DNA of 64,000 nucleotides from Vicugna vicugna (Eukaryota), in assembly GCA_013265495.1 (NCBI GenBank), contig MU058687.1, positions 3,722,001 to 3,786,000 on the forward strand. The letters are read 5' to 3'. The position numbers and the translations under genes were made by a program. Shown one piece after another: positions 1 to 12,382 of the stretch. The notes beneath the pieces are model-generated. The model did not search any database and was not told the DNA's origin. It was given only the letters and a program-made list of their open reading frames with translations. The stretch's first letter is position 1. Every line of letters starts with the position of its first letter.

Positions 1-1849
1 GTTTCCTCTACCCTGTGCTCTCTGAAACCGTCACATTTTTATATTTTTACTGTTTAACAGTAGTACTTAAGAGGTTACAAAAATGGTGATTACTAATAAT
101 GATAGCTCAAAAAGCATATTATCAATATGTAAAATGTGGGGCTTCTTCTAGGATCTCCCTCTCTGCTTGCTTGAGCTTTGCAGTTCCTGGCAGTGGCGTG
201 CCTCCTTGCCTGGGTTTCTGAGTTCCTTCTGGAAGGGCCTGCAGAATGCTGTTGAGCCCTTTAGAATGGGACTGGTACTAATTAGTAGGGTACATGCATG
301 GTTTTCAGACACACAAAAATGTTTAGGTCTAGAGTAAATACTGTACTAATGTCATATCACAGCACACCTTTGCTTTACAAAGAGAAGAAATCAATCTTGT
401 TCATTTTCTGAGAAAGAAAGAAAGGGAAGGGTGTAAGGGAAAGCAGAGAAGCTGACAGGGGCTACTAGGAGTGAGAAAGCCTTCTGTTAGGGCCACTTGC
501 TTTCTTTTGAGGCTCCCCTATTCATTAGACACTCCTTTTCTCAGGGCAAGGACTCTTGGGAAAGCATTCAGCTGAAAGTTTCCAGCTTACTTGGGCCAAT
601 ATGTGACCCTCTCCTTCTCAAGCCAATGACAGACACTGCTAGTTAGTTCTGACCCTCTTTTCTTTCTAAACCAATATGCAGCCTCAGACTCTTTCTTAAC
701 ACGCTAGCTCCAAGACGTTACCAATTAAAGAAAATTGAACTTAGGTGTATTGAGCACAGTGCTAGGGAAGTCATTAGGCACTATATATACATTGCCTCTT
801 TTGGGTCTTCTTGACAGCTCTGGAATTGATGTAGTGATCCCCAATTTACCAATGAAATTTAAGTAACTGATCCAAAGCTGCATAATAAATAGCAAAGTTG
901 GAATTTAAACTCAAAGCTTATGCTCTTTTTGGTGTACTACGTGCCTTACAGGGGTGTCATTCCCCAGGGGTGTCAGTCTGACCAATGGCCAGTTTTGGTA
1001 AAATGTTCTTTGAACATTTTATCCTCCATTTATCCTCTGGAGGCCACTTCACAGTTTCTCCAGCAAAAGACTTGGAAGCATTCTCCGTCAACCCCAAAGC
1101 CCCTGTTAATGTGAGGGACAGGGATAGATGGCCATGGATGGCTGCCGCATCATGTTTACTACCCTCTTGGTTTGTTAGATTTACTACTAACTGTATCCCA
1201 GCAGTTATTTTAGTCTCTAAGTGCCTGAGTTGGTGTCTGGCGTATAGTAAGTGGTCAGTAAACGTCAGCTATTTCCAACTGAACCAGACACAAAGGCTCA
1301 CTATGGGAGCTAAAAGGGTGACAATAAATCCCAGCTGTTCTGAGAACCTCATAACCAGCCCTTCTCAAACTGTATTCTGTGAGATGTTACTAGGTGTTTT
1401 ATGGAGGGAAAAGTGTCCAGTGTTCCAAAAACATTGGGAAAACCGCATACTGTATCCCCTCTTGGACTTCACAATGGACCTCGGTGTAGGTGAGGCTTTC
1501 TGAAGTCTTGCTACAGAGATACTTGACCACCTTTCTTTAGTTCACTGTTTTCTAAATTTATTTGCCCACAGGTCTTTTTTTTTTTTTTCTTTTTGGCAAG
1601 GAGCTCCTAGTCACATCTTGCTGGGTGTTGTATTTTCATGGAATTCAGTTTTGAATATGTTGCCCCAATTTATAATTCTTTCTCTGAAATGTGGGTCCTG
1701 AGATCCCGCCCAGCAGCAGATGCTGTGGGCACTCAATAGTTGCTATCAGTTTTCCACACCAATTTCTTGAAATTATTCTCCATGTCCTAGGAGGTCATAA
1801 ATTTGGGTGGTTAGACCAGAGAGGGAAGGAATAATAGGTGATAGATGGA

Positions 1850-2080
1850 TGGTACTGAGGGAAGGAAAAGGGCTTTGGATTCAGAGAAATCTGAGTTCAA
1901 ATCCTGGCTACTTCTAATAAGTTAAGTGGACTTGGGGATGTTAACTCCTCTGAGCCTTGGCTTTCTTGTCTGTAAAGTGTGGCTAACAACAGTATGTACA
2001 TGAGGATTAAATGAGAGCATGTATATACATCACTGCTGCAGGTACCTGACATACAGGAGGCCTTTGGAAAAGGGCAAGGG
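1850..2080 (+). mobile_element. MIR SINE
   Basis: gagttcaaatcctggct...ttaactcctctgagccttggctttcttgtctgtaaa...gaggattaaatgag resembles the MIR core. Confidence 0.75.
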
Positions 2081-2366
2081 TTATAATGAACCTGAATTAG
2101 TCCCATTTTCTTTGGTTGGTAACACCTTGGAGTTAACATGTTAAGAAAGAGTCTGAGGCAATGAATTCCTGCAATTGTCTTCTGGGTCAAATTTTAAAAT
2201 TTCCATTATAATATCATTGTGAATAGGGACCCTGCCTAATCTTCCTTTTGATACCAGGATCTAGCCTAGGGGCTAGTAAGGAATTGCCACACAATTAGTA
2301 CTTCTGGAATGAACAGATGAATGACATAATTGCTTACAAAATGCTTCCACATTTACAGTCTCATTT

Positions 2367-2520
2367 TACATATATATATATGTAAAATACATATATATAT
2401 ATATATATATATAGATTGATTGATTGATTGAAGTATGGTTGGTTTACAATGTTGTGTCCATTTCTGGTGTACAGCGTAATGCTTCTGTCATACATGAACA
2501 TACATATATTCGTTTTCATA
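2367..2520 (-). mobile_element. Short 5'-truncated L1 3' end with TSD; tail converted to (TA)n/(GATT)n
   Basis: Direct repeat TACAGTCTCATTT at 2354-2366 and 2521-2533. The body attgaagtat..gtttacaatgttgtg resembles the L1 3' UTRs near 42550 and 57640. Confidence 0.8.
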
Positions 2521-2695
2521 TACAGTCTCATTTAAACCTCACTGCAACCTGGTCACATAATTGGTGTCATTAGCTAGTTATGGATGTGAAGACTGAGGCT
2601 TGGCGAGGCTGTGAGTTGCCCAAGATCATACAGCTGGGAGTAGGCTGTAAAGTCAAGGCTCAAAACAAAAGCTTCTATAAATAAAACATGGTATA

Positions 2696-3293
2696 CAGGA
2701 GTACCCCCTTATCCACTGTTTCACTTTCTGTGGTTTTAGTTGCCGATGGTCAACCATAGTCCAAAAATATTAAATGGAAAATTCCAGAAATAAACAATTC
2801 ATAAGTTTTAAATTATATGCTGTTCTGAGTAGCATGATGCAATCTTGTGCCATCTCATTTTGTCCTACGTGGGATCCCCAACTTCAGTGTTCCAGGATCA
2901 CCCAAAGCACTTCGTCTGATTTATCATCAGAGAGCAGTAGTAGCCTAGTGCTGTCACAATTCCTGCACCACTCATTTCACGTCATCTCATGATGCAGGCA
3001 TTTTACCATCTCATATCAGAAGAAGAAGGGTGAGTACAGTACAGTAAAGTTATTTTGAGAGAGAGAGAGACATCACATTCACGTAACTTTCATCACAAAA
3101 TATTCGTATACTTGTTCTCTTTTATTATTAGCTGTCATTAATTTCTTATTATGCCTAATTTATAAATTAAGCTTTATCATAGGTATGCATGTGTAGGGAA
3201 AGATATTATATATAGGGTTCAGTACTATTTGCAGTTTCAAGTATCCCTTGAGGGTCTTGGAAAGTAGCCCCCATGGATAAGGGGGGAACTATG
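2696..3293 (+). mobile_element. MER44-like (TcMar-Tigger) DNA transposon nested in an L1
   Basis: Inverted termini cag..ccccttatcc / ggataagggggg..., preceded by TA. Internal aaatattaaatggaaaattccagaaataaacaattcataagtttt is typical of MER44. Confidence 0.85.
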
Positions 3294-3685
3294 TTATAGA
3301 AACACTGGAATATTATTCAGCTGTGAAAATGGAGGAAATTCTGACACATGCCACAACATGGGTGAAGCTTAAGGACATTGGGCTCAGTGAAATAAGCCTG
3401 TCACGAAAGGACAAATACTTTATGATTCCACTCATATGAAGTTCCTAGAACAGTCAGATTTGTAAAGATGGAAAGTAGAATGCTGGTTGCCAGGGACTTG
3501 GGGTAGGAGGTAAGGACATTATTGTTTAACGGGTACAAGGCTTTCAGTTCTGCAAGATGAAAAGAGTTCTGGAAATGGGTGATGGTTGCATGACATGAAT
3601 GTAATTTACGCCACTGAACTGTGCACTTAAAAATGATTAAGATGGTAAATTTTATGTCATGTGCATTTTACCACAATAAAAAAAT
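3294..3685 (+). mobile_element. L1M (L1MB-like) 3' UTR, interrupted upstream by the MER44
   Basis: ggaatattattcagc...gacaaatact..atgattccact...ccactgaactgtgcacttaaaaatgattaagatggtaaattttatg...ccacaataaaaaa. Confidence 0.85.
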
Positions 3686-3974
3686 TAGGAAAACAAAAAC
3701 ACCCAGGATTTCTGATTCTAAACATGGGGCTCTCCCACATTCTACAACTGTACCCACTACAGAGGAGCACACATAGGCCTCCTCTTCCAAGGCTGTTTGT
3801 ACTGAATTGCAGAATTTGCAGAACTCACCTCTGCTGAAACCCTTGCTTCTTCCAGACCATTCTCCCAATTGGCATAAGCTCCAAGAAGTTAGTCTTTCCA
3901 AAGAGCAGTGAATTCTTGGAAAGAGGGCAGATCCTCTGTCTCAAGGAAATCTCTCAGATGAAGTAATGCAATAA

Positions 3975-4225
3975 TTATGATTTGCCAGCATTGATTAGTA
4001 CTTCCTCAGTGCCAGCCACCCTCTCAGTGCTTCTGCATACATTAGCTCCTTATAACCCTTACATCAGTCCTACCAGATAAGTAGATCATCCCCACTTTAC
4101 AGATGGGGAACTTGAGGCCTGGGTTAGTTAACATGCCCGAGCTGGTATACACAATGTGTGGAAGAGCCAGGATTTTCACTCCGGTCTTCCTGACTCAAGA
4201 ACCTGACTCTTAACCCCTGTGCTCT
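3975..4225 (-). mobile_element. MIR SINE
   Basis: atccccactttacagatggggaacttgaggc is the reverse MIR core. Confidence 0.75.
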
Positions 4226-4804
4226 CTGCAGGGGGCAGGGAGATTGAAAATGTCTGCAACTAGCTACATTTCTAACATGAAGTTTGACTGATTTCTTTCC
4301 CCTCCTGGATGCATTCCTCTCTGTCCTTCTAGATGATGGGATACCTTCTCATTTGGGTTAGTTTCTCCTTTGATTCCCTGGTGTTCTCTGAGACGCAGGT
4401 GTGTACTCTTCTCCCTGGTAGGTCATGCTTGTTTGGGGAGGACACCATCCATTTCTTTACCTAGTAAGTTGGCATTTGGATCCTGTCCGTGGCAGTGTCC
4501 TCTGCTATGAGGATGTCACTAAAACCCTTGTCTTCTTAGGTAGGAGCCTATTGCAGGTGCCAACCTTGTGGTCTAAGGCGGAATTAGCTAGAAATGCCTT
4601 TTGTTGGCAAGGCTTAAACAGCTTGATAGATGCTCAACTTGGTCCTTTCAGTTTACAAGGTGGGGGTAAACAAGCCAGCAGAGACATTAATAACAACAAT
4701 TTCAGTAAGTGTTCATCAAAGGTTTATTCTGTGCCTGGCATTGTGCTAAGCACTTTTCATGGGTCATCTAGTTTGGTCCTCATAAACGTCATATAAATTA
4801 GGTA

Positions 4805-5349
4805 CAGTCAGTTCTGCTATAATGCTTGTTTTGAAAATGCAAATTTGTTCCAACGCGATTGATATATTAGGGAACAATTTGAGCATAATAATTTTGTCTT
4901 TGATTATGCATGATTTTGTCTATGAGAAACGCTAGGTGAAGGCAGAAAACTGCAGCTAGCAGAAACAGACTGTGTAGGAATGCACAAATGCACACACCTC
5001 CACATGTGCCAGCCACTCCAGTTACCAGGTGTGCTCTGAGCCACACCCACCCACAGCTGGGCGACAGCTTCCTATCCAATTTCACAAGGCCTTTCTTTCA
5101 CTGCTTTGCAGGAACTCCCAAGCTCCCGACTTCCACAAGCAAACTTCAGTTCTGTACTGACTGTATTATTTATGTATTCTTTAACTATTAGCATGTGTAA
5201 AACAGGTTCCTATCTCTCATTATGTGTTACTGATGAAGTTGTGGGGTCTTGTGCCCAAATCCCATTTTCTCTAAAAGCCCTGTGTTTTCTACTGTGTGAT
5301 TTTGCATTAGTTCCTAGAAATGCTTAGATGATTCTAGCAGAATTGACTC
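4805..5349. mobile_element. Tigger-family DNA transposon (Tigger8-like)
   Basis: TA|CAGTCAGTTCTGCTA ... TAGCAGAATTGACTC|TA terminal inverted repeats with TA duplication. Subfamily is from memory. Confidence 0.8.
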
Positions 5350-6346
5350 TATTGCCATTAGTCCTGTGTGGCTGCAGAGGAAGGTCAAGTAAGAAATTGG
5401 ACAAAAATATTATTAACAAGTGGCAAAGCCAGTGCTCCAAACCTCTAAAGCATTGAAAAAACCAAAAAAACCCCAAAAAACAAAGAACAAACCCCACTGT
5501 CTGCACTGATCTCTGATTGTATCTGTAGCAAGTAGACTCCTTCTTCCCCCAGCTGTCAGTCAAACAGGGCTCCTCAAGTCACAGCCACGCCAAGTGTGCT
5601 ATAGCCCCTAAGGTATCCGGGCGCAGCGGTGACCTGACCCACAGGGGTACCATCCTTGCTCCCTCGTGCTTTTCATCCTGCTCCTCTCCCTGCCGCTGCC
5701 TTTCCCGGCAGGCTGGCACCTGACACAGCAGCCACCCCTCCGCTCCATCTTGCAGTCTGGAGTTATTAGCATCAAAGTAGAAAAGCAAACAGCACCAGGG
5801 CTTGGGAGGGCTCATTCTTCTGCAAAGGCGGATAAATGGGCTGTGTGTCGGGGATGAAGCTAACACCACCTGGCCTTTTGTGGAGAGACAACTCTTCCTG
5901 TGTTTGAAGAGCTCAGACACGGAGATCCGGAAAGAGCCCCAGAACGCAGGAAACCCAGCCTCTTCGCTGCTGGAAGTTTGCTTTAGCTCTCAACTGAAAA
6001 AATCGCTTCTATATATTTGTTCCTGAAGTAGAGGGAAGAATCTTAATGCTCATTCTCTCCAGGGACAAGAGAGGATAGGCCCTTAGGGAGATACAGTCTT
6101 TGCCTTTTTACATTTTTTTCTCGTGTTGTTAAGTTGGGTATAATCCTGACGAAAACCTGCCCTGATGTGTGTGGGCTTGGGGCAAAAATACACATGGAAG
6201 CCAGCAGGCAAGCTCCCTTCTCTCCACCTCCAGCACCACGATGAAGCTCGCGCACGTTTTTGTGGATGCCCCAGCCTGTAGAAGTCCACAGCTCCTGCAG
6301 ACAGCTTTCCCTTGGGCATTTCTTGACACAAGAGTACACACATCAG

Positions 6347-6513
6347 GAGAAGAGTATGTCTCAGAGGTACAGTATGTGTCTAGCATTCACAGGGTCCTGG
6401 GTTCAATCCCCAATACTTCCATTAAAAACAAACAAACCTAATTACCCCGCCCCCAAAGAATAAACAGATCTTTAAAAATATTTTTTTAAGTAGGTATGAT
6501 TTAAATAAAAAAA
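6347..6513 (+). mobile_element. tRNA-derived SINE (camelid Vic-1-like) with 14-bp TSD
   Basis: Degenerate A box, B box gggttcaatccc, aaacctaattacccc body, A-rich tail. TSD AGTACACACATCAG at 6333-6346 and 6514-6527. Confidence 0.85.
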
Positions 6514-6959
6514 AGTACACACATCAGTGGGTTGGTCTCTTTTGGGACAATGAAGCCAGGGAAGAAGCCCATGTGGATTTGGGGCAGTTTGGACGAGGAA
6601 ATCCGAGTAGCTGAGTGTCCTCTACAAGGGGGCTAGTAGCAGGTGTTGCTGGTTCTGGGAACATACCATTGGCCCGGTGGGCTCCTCAGGTCCTGCAGTG
6701 AGATGTGGCTGCAGAAGGGCCAGAGCAGACCCTCTAAAGTGTGCAGCCCCAGGCAGGAGCATTAGCTGTTCAGGCCTAGAGTCATGCTGCATTTGACCCC
6801 TTCCTTCTGCCTGGCTGTGCCTTTTTCTCACCAATATTCTTATCCTTAATTTGCAGCATGATGGGTTGGATGGTACTTGATCTGGTTTGCTCTTTTATTC
6901 AGAAACGTAGATTGACCCTTATCTGATGTGCTACTCTGAGTATGAGAGGTATTAATAAT

Positions 6960-7130
6960 GACAGAGCCTCTTCTCTGGGTCTTAGTTTCCTTATCTACAA
7001 AATGGGATGAATAATAGTCCTTCCTGCCAGGGTTGTGGTGAGAATCAAATAAGAAGCTGTATACACAGCACTTAGGACAGTGCCCTGTACACAGGATGCT
7101 CAATGAAGGTGAGCTTTTTTATGATTACTA
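6960..7130 (+). mobile_element. MIR SINE
   Basis: cttagtttccttatctacaaaatgggatgaataatag...cagcacttaggacagtgcc. Confidence 0.8.
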
Positions 7131-7539
7131 TTGCTTCGTGCCAGGGACATACAGACATGATCCCATTTTATCCCCAGATTCACCCCCGGATGTGTGATGC
7201 TAGACACAGTCATTGGCTCAGGAACAGACATGTGGCCTAAGCCACACCAGTGAGAGCCTCCCCGGGGAATTTAACTAAAATTACCAGGAAACAGGCTTCT
7301 TTCTTTTCTCTAGAGCTGCCAGATTCCATCTTTGTTACCGTGTGGAGACAACCCACCTGATAAAACAGTGTTCTTAATACAGTAAGAGAATTCAGATCCA
7401 GAGTCCAGTTCCAGCTCTGCCTTTCTGTCCATAGGCACGCATACTTCAGCTTCTCTGAGCCTCGATTTTGTCATGTATAACTGGAGATACCAGCAGGATC
7501 TGTCTCAGTGAGTTGTATCAGTGGAGATGATCTAGTCAC

Positions 7540-7900
7540 CGTGATGCTGGGCACATGTTGCAGGCCAGACCCTCCTTAAACACTGGGGATACAAGCAGTG
7601 AGTGAAACAGGTGGCACTGCTCTCATGGAGTGTATAGTCTAAGGGGGATGGAAACAATAAAAACAGACCCATCCTGCAATGCCAAGTAGTGATCAGTGCC
7701 AGGAAGAAAGGAAAAGCAGGGTAAATGGCAGAGGAGTTGCTTCTATTTTAAAGAAGGTGGTTCAGGTAGATCTTTCTGAGAAATAACATTTGAACTGATA
7801 CCTGAAGAAAGTGAGGAACAGTCTTACTACGTCTGACAAGGACTGATCAGCAGGCAGGGGAACAGCAGATGTCGCGGCTCTAGGGCAGGACCTGCTCGAT
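7540..7900 (-). mobile_element. L2 LINE fragment
   Basis: cactggggataca...ctctcatggagtgtatagtct...acatttgaactgatacctgaag resembles the reverse L2 3' region. Confidence 0.7.
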
Positions 7901-10900
7901 TCACTAAGTTAGTAGCTTCTGACGTTTGACAGGAGGGCTGAGGACTGGCTTATATCACCTGGCACCTTCCCTCTCCAGTCTTCTAAGCTCTGGCACTCAC
8001 ACTGACCTCAGTTATCCACTCAAGCAGGTGCTTGAGAAGTAGTTGAGGGTGGGGATCGTGATGAAAAGGAATTCTGATCCAGTCTGGGGCCACCTCTGTT
8101 AGGAGTGCCTTGCTCAAACCAGGGATGGAGGAGACAACCAGAAGAGGAAGGATTTGAAAGCCACTGCCACCCTTCACCCACCCTCTTCGTTATCTCAGGC
8201 AGGGAAGAAGTAAATTAGGGCAGTCCCACCTCCACACAGTGCCCCATGGACGCTTGTTGCATATTCAACAATAACTTCAGCCACAAGTGCATATGCATGG
8301 CTATTTTAAAGTTCAAAGGAAACAATTTCCTGCAGTTTGGGGAGATCTGGTTCTTTTAACCAGGGCGGGGGGTGGGAGGGTGGCAGAGAAAGAACCCTCC
8401 ATCTGCTACTGTTGCAGAGTATAGCTCAACTAGGGGAGCCCTGCCACCGCACCCTTCATTTGGGCTAGATTATTTCAAGAGGCAGAAGTCTGAGATTCCC
8501 CCACTTGCTACTTTTACACCCCAACCCCCCACCCCATGTCCCTGGAGGAGCTTTGGGGAGCAAGGGGCAGGCTGCACAGCCAGGCTCCTGGAGGCGAGGC
8601 CCAGCCAAACCTTCTGGGACCCCACCTGGTGAACTCTGCCTTGGGTCTGACCTATTTTCTGGGAGAGAAAATAGAATATAGATTTAAATGCAGTGGTGCT
8701 CTGGAAAACTACAGGCCCAGCAGGGTGAGAAAATAAAACAGCAGGAGGGAGCTGAGGAAGTGCTGGCATGGGAGAGGATGCCACCTCCCCTGGCTCAACC
8801 CCATCTGGTTGTCAACTGCCTTTTCTTCTGCAGTTTGCCCCCATTTTTTATCTACCAAAAATTGATATACACATATTTACACATTTATATTTCCTCTGAT
8901 CCGTCCTGGACCCCGAAATTCCTCCCCCATTCACAGACTCCTGGCTACGTTCCAGTAGCAGTGACAGACAGAGGGAGCTCTGGGGATGATTGCCTTGGAA
9001 GTTGGGAGGCAGCAAGGCATGGAGTTAAAAACCCCAGCTGCACCCTAAGTCAGCTTTTCCCGTTGTGTGACCATGGGAAGGGTTGTTTTCTTAAAAAACA
9101 AAAAACAAAAAAACCCTTGCCCTCTCATATATGAAGGGAATAAAATTACCAGCTAACATGGACTGAGGGCTTTCTATATGCCAGGCTCTGTCCTAAGCTC
9201 TTCATAACTACCCTAGGAGGTAGGAACTGTTATCACACCCGCTTTACAGATATGGAAACTGAAGCACATAAAACTCAGGTAACTGGCACAAAGTCTACGC
9301 AGTGTGAAGGACCAGAACCTGAATCCCAGCAGTCCAGCTGTAGATCCCTCCTCTCTCTGCAGGCTCCTATGACCTGGCCAGAATGACATGCCTGCCCTCG
9401 AAGCTAGGATGGGGGTGGGGTGATCTCTACCAAACCATGGGGATTAAGGTTTGGGAAGGGGGTCCCCCAGAAGACAGCTGAGACTTGGTACAAAAAGAAA
9501 GGGAAAAGGATGCTGGATGGAAAATCTAGCAGATGGATACTGCTGAGGTTCTGATTGCCACCTATTCAACTTCCCCCTTCCCCCCACCCAACCTTTGCCA
9601 TTTCAATCTGTTGGTCAGAATTGAATTCAGAGATGCAGGTTACTCATTACTTCTTAGAACAGTGGCCAGGTGATACCATCTCTCTTTTCCTCAAGTTGGA
9701 CATAAATGCTCAGAACTGCCTCCAGCTTAGTGCCACAGCCAGGAACTGAGCTTGGAATTTGACCCTCTGGCTAAAGGAGGTTCTTCTTGGTGGCTTTGTT
9801 GCCCCTCATTGTCAAGAAGAGATCCAGTATTTTTAATGCACAGAAATAGAACTGGGCCATATTGAGGGTTCAGGAGATGGAAACTAAAGAAATAAAAATG
9901 GAATTTGTTTTGACCCCTGCTTCTGCTCACCCAGAACCTAATAGCAACCCCTTGCCCCAGTTCCTGCTGAGGGGCGGGAGGGAGGGAAGAGACCCAGAAG
10001 AAGGGGAGGGCTGGAGTAGACATCTTCATTCGCAAATAGAAGAGATGAACCCAAATCACCGAAAGAAATATGGCTTAATTCCTCTGGTCTCTTGGTGTTT
10101 CCAGGGAGCCATCTGGTCAACATTTTTTGGTAATTGTGTCTGTGGTAATTCAAACTGATAACAATCAGGCAGCTCACGTCTATGCAGTATTTGCCATGTA
10201 CTGAGTTAAGTGCTTTACAAGTATTTAATCTCATTTAATTCTCATAACACTGCCATCAGGGAGGCTGTGTTATTTTCCCATTCTATAGCTGAAGAAAACA
10301 ACTCAGAAGTTCAATGATTGACCCAAGGCCATGGAGCAGGCCAGGATTTGAACCTGGACTATCTCCAAAATTTAGGATTGTAATTACATCGCCCAAATGG
10401 GCAACTTGCTGTTGAAAGGATTTTTGGGTTCCAAGGTGTCCTATGTCTCTTGGGTCTTGGTGCCCCCGTAGAACGTGTTTCTGTGAACAACAGTGTTGAC
10501 ACTTCCACCACTGAACTCCACCACATGGAAATAGTTTGATATCCTGTTTAATGAAGGGGTATCTTAACGACCACTATTCTAGGCAATCCATCAGTCACAG
10601 TTAATGGCTCTGCTTAGTTATTTATGCAGCATGTTTTCCCTTCCCACCTCTTCTGTTTTGCCTCTTTTCTTCCTCCCTGCTGCTACTCCACCCCTAAATC
10701 TAACAACTCACCAGAAAACTTCGAAGGGGGTGTGGCTGAAGAATGATTCAGAGCTCTCTATAAGTCTCATCAGGCAGATACAGCTTTCAGGGAAAAGAGG
10801 GCGTGGGCTGGAGAAATGCCCAGCTGTAGTGGGTTAGGTCAGCGCCTGGGTTTTCCTGGGGCAAGAGCCCTAAGGAACTCGCTGGAGCTTTGCAAATCTG

Positions 10901-11370
10901 ATTGCCGCAGATGAGAGACCCACGCAGATGAGAGACCCACAGGATAACCCGTGACTCCACCCATGGGGTAACTGGGAGGCTTCTCACTCTGCTTCCCCAT
11001 GGCTTCAGGTGCTCCCTTTAACTTGCAAACTGAATTTGGGTCCCATATGCCCTGGAGGGACCTGAGTTTCAGTTAAAAGAACATTGAGTCAAATGGGACT
11101 CAAGAGATCCAGGGTCTTTTCTGGAATCTGTTTCCTGAACTAGCTGTGTGAACTTAGACAAGTCTCTCAACCTCTTTGATTCTCCATCTTAATACAAAAA
11201 TAATTAAATTAGATAATGGCTTTGGATGTCCCAGACCCACCATACGATGATTCTAAATGAGTCACCCAGTGTGGCCTGGGTGGCCAGTGGTTTCCTGAAG
11301 CAGCCCTGCCCCTTCTCCTAAGCGGTAGTGTATCTTCTCAGGTCAGGTCTAGGAGTCTCAGCAGTGCTTT

Positions 11371-11390
11371 GCTGCTGCTGCTGCTGCTGC
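11371..11390. repeat. (GCT)6-7 trinucleotide microsatellite
   Basis: gctgctgctgctgctgctgc. Confidence 0.9.
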
Positions 11391-12116
11391 TCTTGGTTTG
11401 TCTTCCCAAGCATAGTTCTGTTTTACATTTGAGGGTGGGAGGAGGAGATTGTATTCATGGAGAAGATGGGAGTGAACTGTTCTTCATTTTCAAAAGTTCA
11501 TTGGTTTAATTCAAATGTCAACCTTCCCAAAGCTGAATGTTTATTTGTAGTTGTCACAAGTGATTTCAAATGGCAATTTCTGTCATTAATGATGGGGTGA
11601 AAAGCAAGGAGAAAAATTAAAGGGAGAGGCAGGATTTCAATTTGTGTGGCAGATGATCTGCTCACACGCAATCTCATGCACACACCCCCCCCCGCCGCTG
11701 TCTGTGATGAAGAATGGGCACCGGGAACACTGTGGGGAGGGAAGGAATTATAAATGTTTTGTGACCTTATGTCCTTCAGTCCTGTGTGGTGAATAACGGG
11801 ACCACTTCTTCTTAATTCTTATGCCTCTTTTCCTTTGTTCCTCAAGCGAGTGGTTAACTATTATTTTTTTCTCCCTGTGGGGAAGCCTTGCTTGATTTCA
11901 TGTCTGTAGTGCCCTGTATCTGGTGGGGAGAAGGATTTGCTTGGGTATCGGTATGCAGAAATCAACCAGAATATTTTAACCAATATTCTTGCAGGAGTCC
12001 AGTCTGCTTGGCCCTTTGGAGCCGTATCTGATTCCAGAATGATGTCTTTCCGGACAGATGTGAAGCTCACCTCTCTTGCTACATGCACAGTGAAAAGGGA
12101 GCTTGGCCTCTCAGCT

Positions 12117-12382
12117 TGCATGGGTGGTTTTTGGGTGAAGGTAGAACTAAGTGCTCAGAGGCTGAGCAACTTTGGGGTCTTGCATGAACTTGATAGTCAT
12201 GCAAGGACACCTTGCATCGTGTGTGTGTGTGCTGCTAACATTCTTCTTCCTTTTTCTCCCCCTCTCTCTCCTCTCTCTTTTCCTCCCTTTGAAAATGCTG
12301 CCACAGACGTCAGTCAAGGTCCAGGTGAGTCTTTGTGTTTGCACAGCTGCCGTGAAAATTTCCCTCTGCCAGGTTGTGCATG
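12117..12382 (+). promoter_or_regulatory. Splicing-regulatory region of the 18-nt microexon
   Basis: TGCATG (RBFOX motif) at 12117, 12181 and 12377. AG-free 12206-12304. TGCTGC at 12296-12301 just before the acceptor (SRRM3/4-type UGC). Confidence 0.75.
12307..12324 (+). CDS. NRXN3: Neurexin-3 alpha SS1 microexon, 18 nt, encodes (D)VSQGP, phase 1-1
   Basis: Branch CTAAC at 12235-12239, long pyrimidine tract, acceptor ccacag|ACGTCAGTCAAGGTCCAG|gtgagt consensus donor. The peptide matches the recalled NRXN3 SS1 insert and is colinear with the two exons below. Confidence 0.96.

Noticed and set aside
985..1503. Longest ORF (172 aa)
   Set aside because: No recognisable domain, and it runs through MIR/L2-like and hAT-like fragments.
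6347..6420. tRNA gene
   Set aside because: Degenerate tRNA-like head with SINE body, A-tail and TSD, so it is a SINE.
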